Of a DNA stretch of 64,000 nt, positions 1 to 9,226 are shown piece by piece (position 1 is the first letter of the stretch; the number at the start of each line of letters is the position of its first letter). Under the pieces are notes generated by a model. It was not told where the DNA came from. It ran no database searches and worked only from the letters and a program-made list of their open reading frames with translations. The stretch covers positions 9,064 through 73,063 of IMG/VR virus record IMGVR_UViG_3300013108_000622, one strand, 5' to 3'. Source of the stretch: a virus. The translations under genes and the position numbers were made by a program.

Positions 1-1
1 T

Positions 2-493
2 GATGCCGGAGCAATGGACGATACGGTTGGAGACATAGGATCAGAAGACGATACAGGTATTGATGATGCAGGAACTGATGATGCAACAGAGGAGCCTGCT
101 GAAGATGAAACATTGTTGGCAGAACCAGGTAAAAGAAATGATATTTCTTGGAAAAATTTAGAAGAAGATTCTTATGTAACCCCCGGCTCCAAAGGTAAAG
201 CCTACACCCCCGTTAAATCAGACAAGAGGGATATGGGTGCAAGAAACCGTAGCTACAAGAGCCATTGGGCCAATGAGAAGGGAAAAAACACACAAAGAAA
301 CACGTTTGCTGGATCATCGGAACTTAACCAACTTGCAAGAGGAATTTATGAATCTCAAGAAACTAATTATAAAAATGAAGATGACTTAGATGAGATTCGG
401 GTTGTAGAAAATGATTTTGAGATTCAAAAAATAATTAAAAGTCTTGAAAATAAAGAAAAACGAGGAAAACAAAATGCCAAAATTCAAACATAA
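2..493 (+). CDS. 5'-truncated acidic protein, possibly the C-terminal tail of the portal protein
   Basis: Frame is open from the window edge; D/E-rich; sits upstream of the head-protease cluster. Identity inferred from synteny only. Confidence 0.35.
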   Translation, partial: DAGAMDDTVGDIGSEDDTGIDDAGTDDATEEPAEDETLLAEPGKRNDISWKNLEEDSYVTPGSKGKAYTPVKSDKRDMGARNRSYKSHWANEKGKNTQRNTFAGSSELNQLARGIYESQETNYKNEDDLDEIRVVENDFEIQKIIKSLENKEKRGKQNAKIQT

Positions 494-1304
494 TAAAAAA
501 AGAAATAGCTCTTTTCTATATGAAGCTTTGATTCAAGAGCTAACAAAAGCTGTTGTTTCTAAAGATGAGTCTAAAAAAGAAACAATTGTGAAAATGATTA
601 AGGAATCATTTAACAGCAAATCAGCGATGTACCTTGAGTTAAAACTTTATAGAGCGATTACACATACCAAAGGCGCTGGGGTGGTAACGGCTGAAAAGAT
701 TATAAATGAAGTAAAGCGCAGACACGCGGCTCTTGACCAAAAAAAGTTAATCAAAGAGCAGGAGAGTCTAGTTAGGAAAATCCGTAAATCTCTTTCAGAT
801 GATACTTTTTCTAATTTTGTTCCTAACTATAAACAATTAGCTTCAATTGCTCAAATTTTTAATAACAATGTTTCTGTAAAATCTAAAATTCTATTGGAAA
901 ACGAGGTTGTTGCCTCTATGACCTCGAAAGAAACCGACAAGCAAAGGTTGGAACCAATTGATAATATAGTTTATAAATCTTTTGTTAAGAAATTTAATGA
1001 AGAATATGGCGACAAGCTGTTGAGTGAGCAAAAAGATCTTCTAGGCAAGTTTGTTAATTCCTTTGGTGATAATTCTTTAGAGTTGAAAGCTTATTTAAAT
1101 GAAGAAATTGGCCGCCTCAAGAAAGCTGTAAGTTCCTCTAAGGATAAAGAAGAATTTTTAGAAGATAAAGAGATGTCAAAGAATATTAATAAAGTTCTAG
1201 ACATGTTAGAAACTTATAAAGATAGAAAGCCTGATGCAAAAATGATCGAGGAAGTTGTGATGGTCCAAGGCTTAGTATGGGAGCTTACCCAAGATGTCAA
1301 TTAA
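474..1304 (+). CDS. hypothetical head-cluster protein
   Basis: Long ORF; ATG 474 preceded by GAGG. Confidence 0.6.
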   Translation: MPKFKHNKKRNSSFLYEALIQELTKAVVSKDESKKETIVKMIKESFNSKSAMYLELKLYRAITHTKGAGVVTAEKIINEVKRRHAALDQKKLIKEQESLVRKIRKSLSDDTFSNFVPNYKQLASIAQIFNNNVSVKSKILLENEVVASMTSKETDKQRLEPIDNIVYKSFVKKFNEEYGDKLLSEQKDLLGKFVNSFGDNSLELKAYLNEEIGRLKKAVSSSKDKEEFLEDKEMSKNINKVLDMLETYKDRKPDAKMIEEVVMVQGLVWELTQDVN

Positions 1305-1833
1305 AATCAAAATCGATCCAGATCCTCAATCTGAGCCTGAACCGATAATAATTTCTTTAGAAGTTCGGAAAACGCTAGATGGCAAGATTATGATTCTTGA
1401 TCATTTATTGATTGATATTGTTCTTGACACACAGCAGAATAAAATTGTTTTATTTCCTAAAAACTCAATTGATGATGAAATTTATCATATACAAGACTCA
1501 TACTTCAACCACTTGCGCAACGAAGGCATAATCCTCGCAGATAGCATAGTTTCAGGAAATGTCTTTGGTAGCCTGGAGGCAACATACCCAAACCCCGTCG
1601 ATGAATCAATCAGTGCCGCACAGGTAATACTTTTGGCAACTAAGAAATTTATTGACTCTGAGAATCCAAAAATTGAAGCTCAAGAATATATTGAGAATGA
1701 AATAGAGGATTACTTAGTAGATCCTACTGATAGTGATTCTACCGAGTTGGGTGAGGTTCCGCAAGAACCAAAGAAGGGTTCCCAACAGTCAGAAAAAGTT
1801 AGAAGCTATTTAAGTGGTTATGGATATTACTAA
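1294..1833 (+). CDS. hypothetical protein
   Basis: 179 aa ORF overlapping its neighbours. Confidence 0.6.
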   Translation: MSIKIKIDPDPQSEPEPIIISLEVRKTLDGKIMILDHLLIDIVLDTQQNKIVLFPKNSIDDEIYHIQDSYFNHLRNEGIILADSIVSGNVFGSLEATYPNPVDESISAAQVILLATKKFIDSENPKIEAQEYIENEIEDYLVDPTDSDSTELGEVPQEPKKGSQQSEKVRSYLSGYGYY

Positions 1834-2132
1834 TGAACTTATTGCTATTTGTGCTTGCGGCTTATGGTCTTACGCAAATTATAGTATTTGGAAGCATATT
1901 CAATAAAATTCGCCCCTCCCACCACTTCTTCCACTGCTCTATGTGTGTAGGATGGTGGGTTGGACTCTTTTTATGGGCAATTAACCAACATACAGAACTA
2001 TTTACATTTGACTATTCTATTACTAGTGCTGTTTTATTAGCATGTATTAGTTCTGGAACGTCATATGTTTTGAGTATGGTGTTTGGCGACGAAGGGATAA
2101 ATTTTAAAAATCGAGGTGATAATAATGTTTGA
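1833..2132 (+). CDS. small membrane protein (DUF1360-like)
   Basis: Three hydrophobic segments and a CxxCxGxW motif (CSMCVGWW). Confidence 0.55.
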   Translation: MNLLLFVLAAYGLTQIIVFGSIFNKIRPSHHFFHCSMCVGWWVGLFLWAINQHTELFTFDYSITSAVLLACISSGTSYVLSMVFGDEGINFKNRGDNNV

Positions 2133-2259
2133 AAATTCTTTTACAACAAAAAAACGTTTGTTGCGTCCTGTTCGGCGCTGTAAATCTGGCTGCCATCCCG
2201 TGCGGGTTGCGCCCGCACCGACAGGAATAAAGTATGAAAATTACAGAAAGTTATATTAG
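2125..2259 (+). CDS. unannotated 44 aa basic peptide (MFENSFTTKKRLLRPVRRCKSGC...)
   Basis: GAGGTG Shine-Dalgarno at 2113-2118, ATG 2125, TAG 2257-2259; below the ORF-track cutoff. Confidence 0.45.
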   Translation: MFENSFTTKKRLLRPVRRCKSGCHPVRVAPAPTGIKYENYRKLY

Positions 2260-2716
2260 AGAGATAATAAAAGAAGAGATTAAGAATCTTCGTGAAAACC
2301 TTGAAAATGAGGGAGAGCACAAAATTGCGCATTTAGCATATCTTATGTTGGGCAAGCTCCGTGAAGAGTTTGAAGATCATATGGGTAACGTGAATAATGA
2401 TTCGGATATCTCTAAAGAGTTTGAACTCTTACATGATTCTATCAGTGAGTCATGGATGGTGGCAGACAAAATGTTAACCGGTGGAGAAACGGCAGATGGC
2501 CTTCCTGGTCTTTATGAAGCTCAGGGAGACTGCGCACAAGAAGAAATTTCCAACGCTTTAGATGTTGTTTCGCGGTGTGTAATGTCGGGTCAATCTCAAA
2601 GACCCAAATCAACAGAAACTGAATTGGGTATAATGCCATCTAAAGTCGCCGCCCCACCGGAAGGAACAAGTGCAGGTGGAGTAAAATGGATAAAGGAAGA
2701 GGAATCAAATGAGTAG
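2234..2716 (+). CDS. hypothetical protein with MKIT..IREIIKEE N-terminal tag, putative internal head protein
   Basis: N-terminal motif shared with the 3314 gene; head cluster. Confidence 0.55.
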   Translation: MKITESYIREIIKEEIKNLRENLENEGEHKIAHLAYLMLGKLREEFEDHMGNVNNDSDISKEFELLHDSISESWMVADKMLTGGETADGLPGLYEAQGDCAQEEISNALDVVSRCVMSGQSQRPKSTETELGIMPSKVAAPPEGTSAGGVKWIKEEESNE

Positions 2717-3314
2717 TAAATATCTTTTAAGAGAATATTTTGAGCTTTGCTCAGGTGGCGTCTGTCAAGACTTGCTTTCCGAAGACGAGAAAAAACAAGT
2801 CCAAAACGGCGCGACCTTTCTTTCTGGTGTAATGCAGCGATGCGATGAGCAAAACGGAAATGGCCGAGTATATCCTGGACCTATCCTGCAAAGGGAAGTA
2901 AAGAATTATATGAAGGCGATTAAAGAGAATAGAGCTTGCGGGGAGTTAGATCACCCAGAGGATTCTGTTGTTAACCTTAAAAACGCAAGCCATATGGTGA
3001 CTTCTGTTTGGTGGGAAGGAAAAGACTTGATGGGAAAAATCAAAGTTCTTTCAACTCCTGCTGGTAAAATCTTAGAATCATTAATCAATGATGGTGTAAT
3101 GCTTGGGATTTCATCGCGTGGTTTGGGGTCTGTTCGTGAATCCCAAGGCCAAACGATGGTTGAAGACGACTTTCAGTTGATTTGTTTTGATATTGTATCA
3201 GAACCTTCAACTCAAGGTGCATATATGATGATGAATGAATCCAAAGAAAAGAGAATTTGGTCTAAAGCAGACCGCATAAACCGAATGTTAAACGATATTA
3301 TTGGTGACAAATAA
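2709..3314 (+). CDS. prohead core protease (T4 gp21-like)
   Basis: NGNGRVYP, GELDHP, SH, GISSRGLGS and FDIVSEPS motifs. Confidence 0.93.
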   Translation: MSSKYLLREYFELCSGGVCQDLLSEDEKKQVQNGATFLSGVMQRCDEQNGNGRVYPGPILQREVKNYMKAIKENRACGELDHPEDSVVNLKNASHMVTSVWWEGKDLMGKIKVLSTPAGKILESLINDGVMLGISSRGLGSVRESQGQTMVEDDFQLICFDIVSEPSTQGAYMMMNESKEKRIWSKADRINRMLNDIIGDK

Positions 3315-4147
3315 TGAAACTTACAAAAGAAGTATTAAAAAGAATTATTAACGAAGAGATAGACTCACAAAGATTTCCAATGAAGTTAAGTCAAGTTAAT
3401 CCGAGTATCGCAAAACAAGTTACAACTTCAGGCAAAAAAGACGGAAATCCAGCAGACGACGCAAGAGATGTAAATGTTAAAGAATATTCTGTTTCTGAAT
3501 TAAAACCATCGCAGTCTTCTATGAACCTTCCTAAAAGCTTGGGTATGTTAGTTGCAATGATTAGTGGTAAAATGCCAAGCGGCGGTAATTTAGGCGGGTT
3601 CATCAGCAGTGATAGATTTATTATGGACGGACACCACAGATGGGTGTCAACAGCAATGTTGAATCCAAAATTAAAAGTCGCAGGATATGTTGTAAATATG
3701 CCAGCTTCTGACTTGATTCCTGTATTGAACGCTATCACCGTGGGCAGACTTGGGATTACAAAAGGAAAACAAGGCACCGGCTCATTTGCTCAATTCCAAA
3801 AAGAGCCGATTCAAAAAGAAATGTTAAACCTTATAAAGAAAGGAAATAAGCATGTAAAGCCTCAAGCCGTTAAAGCAGCTTTTCAAAAGTATGTCGGTCA
3901 GCAAATTGAAAGCGATGAACAGCTTGTAGCAGCAGCTGCACAAAAAGCGGCAACTAATTTGAGAAATGTTAAATTTGAACTTCCTGCAAACGCTCCAGCG
4001 CGGCCTGATATGCCAGTAATAGATAAAGATAAGGTTCCTGATGCAGATAAAATAGCAATTGCGGCCATTGAAAAAGGCGAAGTAGATATGTCAAAACCTT
4101 ATGCGAAAATTAAAGAATCTAAAAAAACATCCATTAAAAAGAGATAA
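3314..4147 (+). CDS. ParB/Sulfiredoxin-like domain protein with N-terminal tag
   Basis: LKPSQ...FIMDGHHRW motif. Confidence 0.6.
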   Translation: MKLTKEVLKRIINEEIDSQRFPMKLSQVNPSIAKQVTTSGKKDGNPADDARDVNVKEYSVSELKPSQSSMNLPKSLGMLVAMISGKMPSGGNLGGFISSDRFIMDGHHRWVSTAMLNPKLKVAGYVVNMPASDLIPVLNAITVGRLGITKGKQGTGSFAQFQKEPIQKEMLNLIKKGNKHVKPQAVKAAFQKYVGQQIESDEQLVAAAAQKAATNLRNVKFELPANAPARPDMPVIDKDKVPDADKIAIAAIEKGEVDMSKPYAKIKESKKTSIKKR

Positions 4148-4149
4148 TA

Positions 4150-4572
4150 GTGAAAAAGAACGAACTAAAAAAGATCTTAAAACCCTTAATCAAAGAGTGC
4201 ATCAAAGAAGTTATCTTTGAAGATGGCACTTTGTCTGGTATTATATCAGAAGTGGCGCAAGGACTGTCATCTGTGCAGTCAACAGCTCCACAACAAATTG
4301 TAAAAGAACAAACAACCCTTGCACCCAAAGTACAGTCGGTATCACAATCTGAAGGTTATAGGCAAGCAAGGCAACAACTAGAAGAAGTAAAGAACTCTCT
4401 AGCTAAGACTACTGGATTGTCTGGTATTTTTGAGAACACTACTCCAATGCATTCTAGTGGTGGTGCGTCTTCAAGACATGGGGCACTATCTGATGTAGAT
4501 CCTACCGATCCTGGTGTTGACATCAGTGGTATAATTGATGTCGCAGGCAGAGCTTGGGGTCAATTAAAGTAA
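4150..4572 (+). CDS. hypothetical head-cluster protein
   Basis: GTG start; N-terminus ELKKILKPLIKECIKEVIFE. Confidence 0.6.
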   Translation: MKKNELKKILKPLIKECIKEVIFEDGTLSGIISEVAQGLSSVQSTAPQQIVKEQTTLAPKVQSVSQSEGYRQARQQLEEVKNSLAKTTGLSGIFENTTPMHSSGGASSRHGALSDVDPTDPGVDISGIIDVAGRAWGQLK

Positions 4573-4576
4573 TAAA

Positions 4577-4783
4577 ATGGAAGTTAAAAAAAGAAAAAAC
4601 GAAACCAACGAATCACTTATAAGAAGATTTGTTAGGAAAGTTAAAAAAGAAAAAATTATTGAAGAATATCGAGAAAGAGAGTATTTTAAAAAACCTTCTG
4701 AGGTTCGCAGAGAAAAAAACGCTCGTCGTCAAATAGAGCTTGAAAAACAAAAACGAAAAGAAAAATTAGAAAGAGAAGAATAG
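4577..4783 (+). CDS. rpsU: ribosomal protein bS21
   Basis: 68 aa basic protein, ESLIRRFVRKV...EYFKKPSEVRR bS21 signature. Confidence 0.85.
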   Translation: MEVKKRKNETNESLIRRFVRKVKKEKIIEEYREREYFKKPSEVRREKNARRQIELEKQKRKEKLEREE

Positions 4784-4817
4784 AAAACTAATTATTTAAC
4801 GTAAGAGGGTATAAAAA

Positions 4818-5222
4818 ATGGCAGTTTTTAATTACGGCGCACCAGGCATTGGGAATGTAGCATCATACCAGGTGTCTGGCAAACCATTTGTTTCGGGCGG
4901 CATTAACGTCGGCGCAGAACCAGATGACACCACAGAGATCGGCTTTCCATCTGTTACAAGGTGGATTATCATAACTAATCATGATACTGCACAAGATGTA
5001 TCTTGCTCTTTTTCAGAGACTGGATTTACTACAAACAATTATTTTACAGTGTCGAGAGATAGAAATGATTATACAAACACACAGACACAAAGAATGGAGT
5101 TGAAAATTAGTAAAATATTCTTAAAAGGCGCTTCGTCCAATGTTGATGTTATAGCTGGTCTTACCGGGATTTCTACTGGATCAATTTTGAATAATTGGTC
5201 GGGCTCTATGGGAGTAGGATAG
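4818..5222 (+). CDS. putative virion protein, paralog 1 of 4
   Basis: GNVASYQVSGKPF...FPSVT...NWSGSxGVG. Confidence 0.6.
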   Translation: MAVFNYGAPGIGNVASYQVSGKPFVSGGINVGAEPDDTTEIGFPSVTRWIIITNHDTAQDVSCSFSETGFTTNNYFTVSRDRNDYTNTQTQRMELKISKIFLKGASSNVDVIAGLTGISTGSILNNWSGSMGVG

Positions 5223-5230
5223 AGGTTAAT

Positions 5231-5647
5231 ATGGCAGTTTATAAACCAGGACCACCAGGTTTAGGAAATGTAGCATCATACCAAGTATCAGGAAAACCGT
5301 TTGTTACTGGGGGCATAGATGTTGGTGCTGCAACTGTGGGTGGACATCCTCTAGAAATAACCTTCCCAAGTGTTACTAGTTGGATTATAGTTACAAATCT
5401 TGACGATGCCGCCGACGCACCTGTAAAAGTCGGTGCTTCACTAAATGGTTTAGCTACGGACAATTATTTTACTGTATTAGAAGATTATAGTCAGTGGAAG
5501 TGCTCAAGAACTCCTAGGATGGATTTAAAATTAACAAAACTTTATTTAACTGGAACATCGAACAATGTTGACATTGTTGCTGGTGTTACCGGAATCAACA
5601 CTACGGAAATATCTGGCAATTGGACCGGATCAGTTGGAGTAGGATAA
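5231..5647 (+). CDS. putative virion protein, paralog 2 of 4
   Basis: Same motifs; ATG 5231 after GAGG. Confidence 0.6.
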   Translation: MAVYKPGPPGLGNVASYQVSGKPFVTGGIDVGAATVGGHPLEITFPSVTSWIIVTNLDDAADAPVKVGASLNGLATDNYFTVLEDYSQWKCSRTPRMDLKLTKLYLTGTSNNVDIVAGVTGINTTEISGNWTGSVGVG

Positions 5648-5648
5648 A

Positions 5649-6053
5649 ATGAAAATTTACGACCCAACACTACAAACACCATCTTTAAATTCGGCGGGTG
5701 CGTATCAAGTATCGGGGATACCATTTTTCAAAGGCGGACTTACGGCAACAAACACCGTACAGGTTATCGAGTTCCCGTCTGTAACTAACTGGATTTATTT
5801 TGCAAATGTAGATGAAACCCTCGCAGACGATTTGAAGGTCGGCTTCAGTGAAGATGGTATCAATGGGAAGAATTATTTTATCATTGGCTCAAGCAATTTT
5901 AACTACGCACCATACGAGGCTTTCCCGTGGAAAGTGACTAAGATCTATTATAAGAGAGTCAGCGGGGATGTTACTTTTGATATTGCAGCAGGTTTAACTG
6001 GCATCGTCACAGGCTCAATTCTTAACAACTGGGCTGGTTCCATCGGGGTATAA
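5649..6053 (+). CDS. putative virion protein, paralog 3 of 4
   Basis: AYQVSGIPF...FPSVT...NWAGSIGV. Confidence 0.6.
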   Translation: MKIYDPTLQTPSLNSAGAYQVSGIPFFKGGLTATNTVQVIEFPSVTNWIYFANVDETLADDLKVGFSEDGINGKNYFIIGSSNFNYAPYEAFPWKVTKIYYKRVSGDVTFDIAAGLTGIVTGSILNNWAGSIGV

Positions 6054-6094
6054 TACTACTTTTCCCCATTTTAAGTCTTTTCTTTCGAATAACA

Positions 6095-6102
6095 ACTATT
6101 TA
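6095..6102 (+). promoter_or_regulatory. putative late promoter motif ACTATTTA (one of many copies)
   Basis: Recurs before structural genes at 9200, 12032, 15026, 16810, 41497, 55129, 60494, 62679. Confidence 0.6.
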
Positions 6103-6142
6103 TTAACGATACATATATTTTTTATATTTTAAGGAGAGAAAA

Positions 6143-7249
6143 ATGTCATCATCTATGTTACAGCAAGCCGTCATCGACGCGCAAGCACTTAAGGAAGCTG
6201 CAATCAAAAATGCAGAGCAGGAAGTTCTTAAAAAATATTCTGGTGAAATAAAGGAGGCCGTCGATTCATTGTTGGAAGAAGAACCAATCACAACAGATGA
6301 TTCAATGGACTTAAATTCAGATGAAACCCCTACAGAGACTATTGTCGAGGACATTCCACTCAAGGCAACCGAAGGACTCGATGACCAACCTGAACAAGGA
6401 GAAGTGGTCGAATTAAACTTAGACGAATTGAGAGCCTCTATGGTTGACAACTCCACAGAAGAGCCGATGTTTGAAGTTAACGAGGCTGAACTAGAAAGTC
6501 TTTTATCTGAAGACGAACAATCGAAACCTGACTATATTGATATTGATAACGACGGCGACAAAGAAGAGTCAATGAAACAAGCCGCTGCTGACAAAAAGAA
6601 GGGCGAAATTAAAGAAGAAATCAACGAAGAAGAATTGGAGCTAAACGAGGAAGAACTCAAAGCGGCAATTGAAGAAATTTTAAAAGTTGATTACGAAGTC
6701 GTTCCACGTGGCAAAAATGGCCAAACACATGCAACAAAAGTTGGGCATGAGTGGGCTTTGGAAGCATCTCTCGCAAAACAAGAAGACACCGAGACCAAAG
6801 AAACCGATGCTTCAATGGTAAAAGCAATCGAAAAAATCCAAAAACTAGAAGAGCAAGTAAAATCTCTCAAGTCTGACAAGAATAGACTTGCAAAAGATCA
6901 TAGTGAACTAAAGAGTATTGCCTGTCAAGTCAGTGATAAGCTGGCTGAAATAAACACCACCAACGCTAAGTTGGTATATCAGAATCGTATTCTGAAATCC
7001 CCCTCCTTGAATGAGCGACAAAAAACAAATCTTGTCGAAGCGGTTTCAAAAGCGAATTCAACCGAAGAGGCCAAAGTTATTTTTGAAACTTTGCAAGATT
7101 CTTTAACTTCTAAAGAGCCCAGTGCTCCTAAGAATTTAAATGAAGCTGTAAGTAAAAATAATCGGCTTATTTTGAAATCACAACAAACAACCAGCCAATC
7201 TTCAGATTCTACTTCGGTGAGAATGAAGAGGCTTGCTGGAATTATTTAA
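6143..7249 (+). CDS. prohead scaffold/core protein (gp22-like)
   Basis: Acidic coiled coil directly before the capsid gene; many LxE sites; C-terminal RMKRLAGII. Confidence 0.75.
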   Translation: MSSSMLQQAVIDAQALKEAAIKNAEQEVLKKYSGEIKEAVDSLLEEEPITTDDSMDLNSDETPTETIVEDIPLKATEGLDDQPEQGEVVELNLDELRASMVDNSTEEPMFEVNEAELESLLSEDEQSKPDYIDIDNDGDKEESMKQAAADKKKGEIKEEINEEELELNEEELKAAIEEILKVDYEVVPRGKNGQTHATKVGHEWALEASLAKQEDTETKETDASMVKAIEKIQKLEEQVKSLKSDKNRLAKDHSELKSIACQVSDKLAEINTTNAKLVYQNRILKSPSLNERQKTNLVEAVSKANSTEEAKVIFETLQDSLTSKEPSAPKNLNEAVSKNNRLILKSQQTTSQSSDSTSVRMKRLAGII

Positions 7250-7271
7250 TTATTTAAGGAGATTTAATACA

Positions 7272-9113
7272 ATGAGTATTATTGAAAAACTAACTGAGGG
7301 CGTCATGAAACGTGATGTCCAAAAAGAAGGTCAAGCTCTTCTCAATAAATGGGAAAAGACTGGTCTACTAGAAGGTATTGAGAATGATCACGGTCGTAAT
7401 AGTATGGCTGCGCTTCTTGAAAACCAAGCTAAAGAGCTTCTTCGCGAAGCTTCCTCTATGCATGCTGGCGATGTCGAAGGCTTCGCAGCAGTAGCATTTC
7501 CAATCGTCCGTCGAGTATTCGGAAATTTGGTTGCTAATGAACTTGTTTCTGTTCAACCTATGAGCCTGCCATCAGGACTCATTTTCTTCCTCGACTTTAC
7601 ATATGGTAGCGCCCGTGCTGATCAATATGTAGAGCGCACCTCACTTTATGGTGGTGGTGCTGTCGGTAATCAAATCACTGGTGGTGTTGATCTTAGCACC
7701 GTTAGCGGTTCTCAGTCTGGTTACTATGGCCTTAACAATGGCTATGCGTCCCCTACTGGTTCTTCCGACGTTTCTCTATATTGTGTTGTTTCTGGATGTT
7801 TTGGTGGTTCCGGTCTTCAGACCGAAGCCGTTGGTAAAACAGTCGGTGACGGCCTATCAACTGGGTTTAGTGTTGCTACAACAACATCTGATTATCCAAT
7901 CCCAACCACAACAACTGGTTTGGGCACAACAAAATTAAACAGCCAAGATGCATTTGATCGTCTTTGTAACTTTGATCCTGATTTTACATCTGGAACAACT
8001 CAAGTTGCTGTTTTCGCACTAACAACTGCTTCAAATGCGTTGAAAAATGCTAATTCTGAATATAACAAACATGACCTTGTTGCAATCAGTGCATCACCTG
8101 CAAATGGTTCGCAAGTTCGTCGTTTGACAGCATATTCAGGTTCTAACATTTTTTATCGTAACACTTCTGATGGTGGTTTGGGCGACGGAACTATTTTCCT
8201 TTTTGTTGCTAGTGATACTGTGCCAGCAAGCACACTACGCGCAGCATATGGAACTACAGCCGGTGTCAACTACCCACTTGAAGATTCCTTTGGCGCAGCT
8301 CCAACTCTAGGTGCTGTTCAAGGTCAACTAAACTGGGCGCTTGAAGATAACGCGGCAATCCCCGAGATTGATATCAAGGTTGATAGTGTGTCAATCACTG
8401 CAAACACTAAAAAGTTGAAAGCTCGTTGGACACCTGAGTTGCAACAAGATATTAATGCTTATCACAATCTTGACGCTGAAGTTGAGCTTACAAGCATTCT
8501 TTCTGAGACAATTGCACTTGAAATCGATCAAGAGATTCTAGAAGACCTTATCAAAGGCGCTTTGGCTGGTACATACTACTGGTCACGTAAACCTGGTAAG
8601 TTTGTGAATCGTGAAGAAGGTACAAGCACAAATCAAACTCTGTTCCCAGATTTCACTGGTACAGTTTCTGAGTGGTACGAAACGCTTCTTGAAACTATCA
8701 ATGATGTTTCCGCTGCTATCCATCGCAAGACATTGCGTGGTGGTGCGAACTTTATCGTTGTTAGCCCTGAAGTTTCAAACCTTCTTGAGTTCACTGCCGG
8801 ATTCCGTGCAGACACAACAGCTGATGAGGCTCGTGGCACAACCGGAGCAATGAAAGTTGGCTCACTTAGCAAGAAGCTTGATGTTTATGTAGACGCATAT
8901 TTCCCAAGAAATGTGGTTCTAGTTGGACGCAAAGGAAACAGCTTCCTTGAATCCGGCTATGTATATGCGCCATATGTGCCACTACAAATCACTCCTACCA
9001 TTTTTGGACCTGACGACTTTACACCACGAAAGGGTGTAATGACTCGATACGGAAAGAAGATGGTAAGACCTGATATGTATGGTCTTGTAATCGTTGAAGA
9101 CTTGTTAGGTTAA
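7272..9113 (+). CDS. major capsid protein (T4 gp23-like)
   Basis: VSVQPMSLPSGLIF, KLKARWTPELQQD, GYVYAPYVPL, PRKGVMTRYG; AAGGAG before ATG 7272. Confidence 0.95.
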   Translation: MSIIEKLTEGVMKRDVQKEGQALLNKWEKTGLLEGIENDHGRNSMAALLENQAKELLREASSMHAGDVEGFAAVAFPIVRRVFGNLVANELVSVQPMSLPSGLIFFLDFTYGSARADQYVERTSLYGGGAVGNQITGGVDLSTVSGSQSGYYGLNNGYASPTGSSDVSLYCVVSGCFGGSGLQTEAVGKTVGDGLSTGFSVATTTSDYPIPTTTTGLGTTKLNSQDAFDRLCNFDPDFTSGTTQVAVFALTTASNALKNANSEYNKHDLVAISASPANGSQVRRLTAYSGSNIFYRNTSDGGLGDGTIFLFVASDTVPASTLRAAYGTTAGVNYPLEDSFGAAPTLGAVQGQLNWALEDNAAIPEIDIKVDSVSITANTKKLKARWTPELQQDINAYHNLDAEVELTSILSETIALEIDQEILEDLIKGALAGTYYWSRKPGKFVNREEGTSTNQTLFPDFTGTVSEWYETLLETINDVSAAIHRKTLRGGANFIVVSPEVSNLLEFTAGFRADTTADEARGTTGAMKVGSLSKKLDVYVDAYFPRNVVLVGRKGNSFLESGYVYAPYVPLQITPTIFGPDDFTPRKGVMTRYGKKMVRPDMYGLVIVEDLLG

Positions 9114-9144
9114 TTCTTATATTAACTTAATAAAAGTTATGAAT

Positions 9145-9181
9145 GCCCCGTCTTTCTTATGAGAGGCGGGGTTTTCTTTTT
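9145..9181 (+). terminator. intrinsic terminator
   Basis: GCCCCGTCTTTC-ttat-GAGAGGCGGGGT stem followed by a T-tract. Confidence 0.85.
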
Positions 9182-9226
9182 CGTTTAACATTAATTTTAA
9201 CTATTTAAACACAGGAGAACGGAAAA

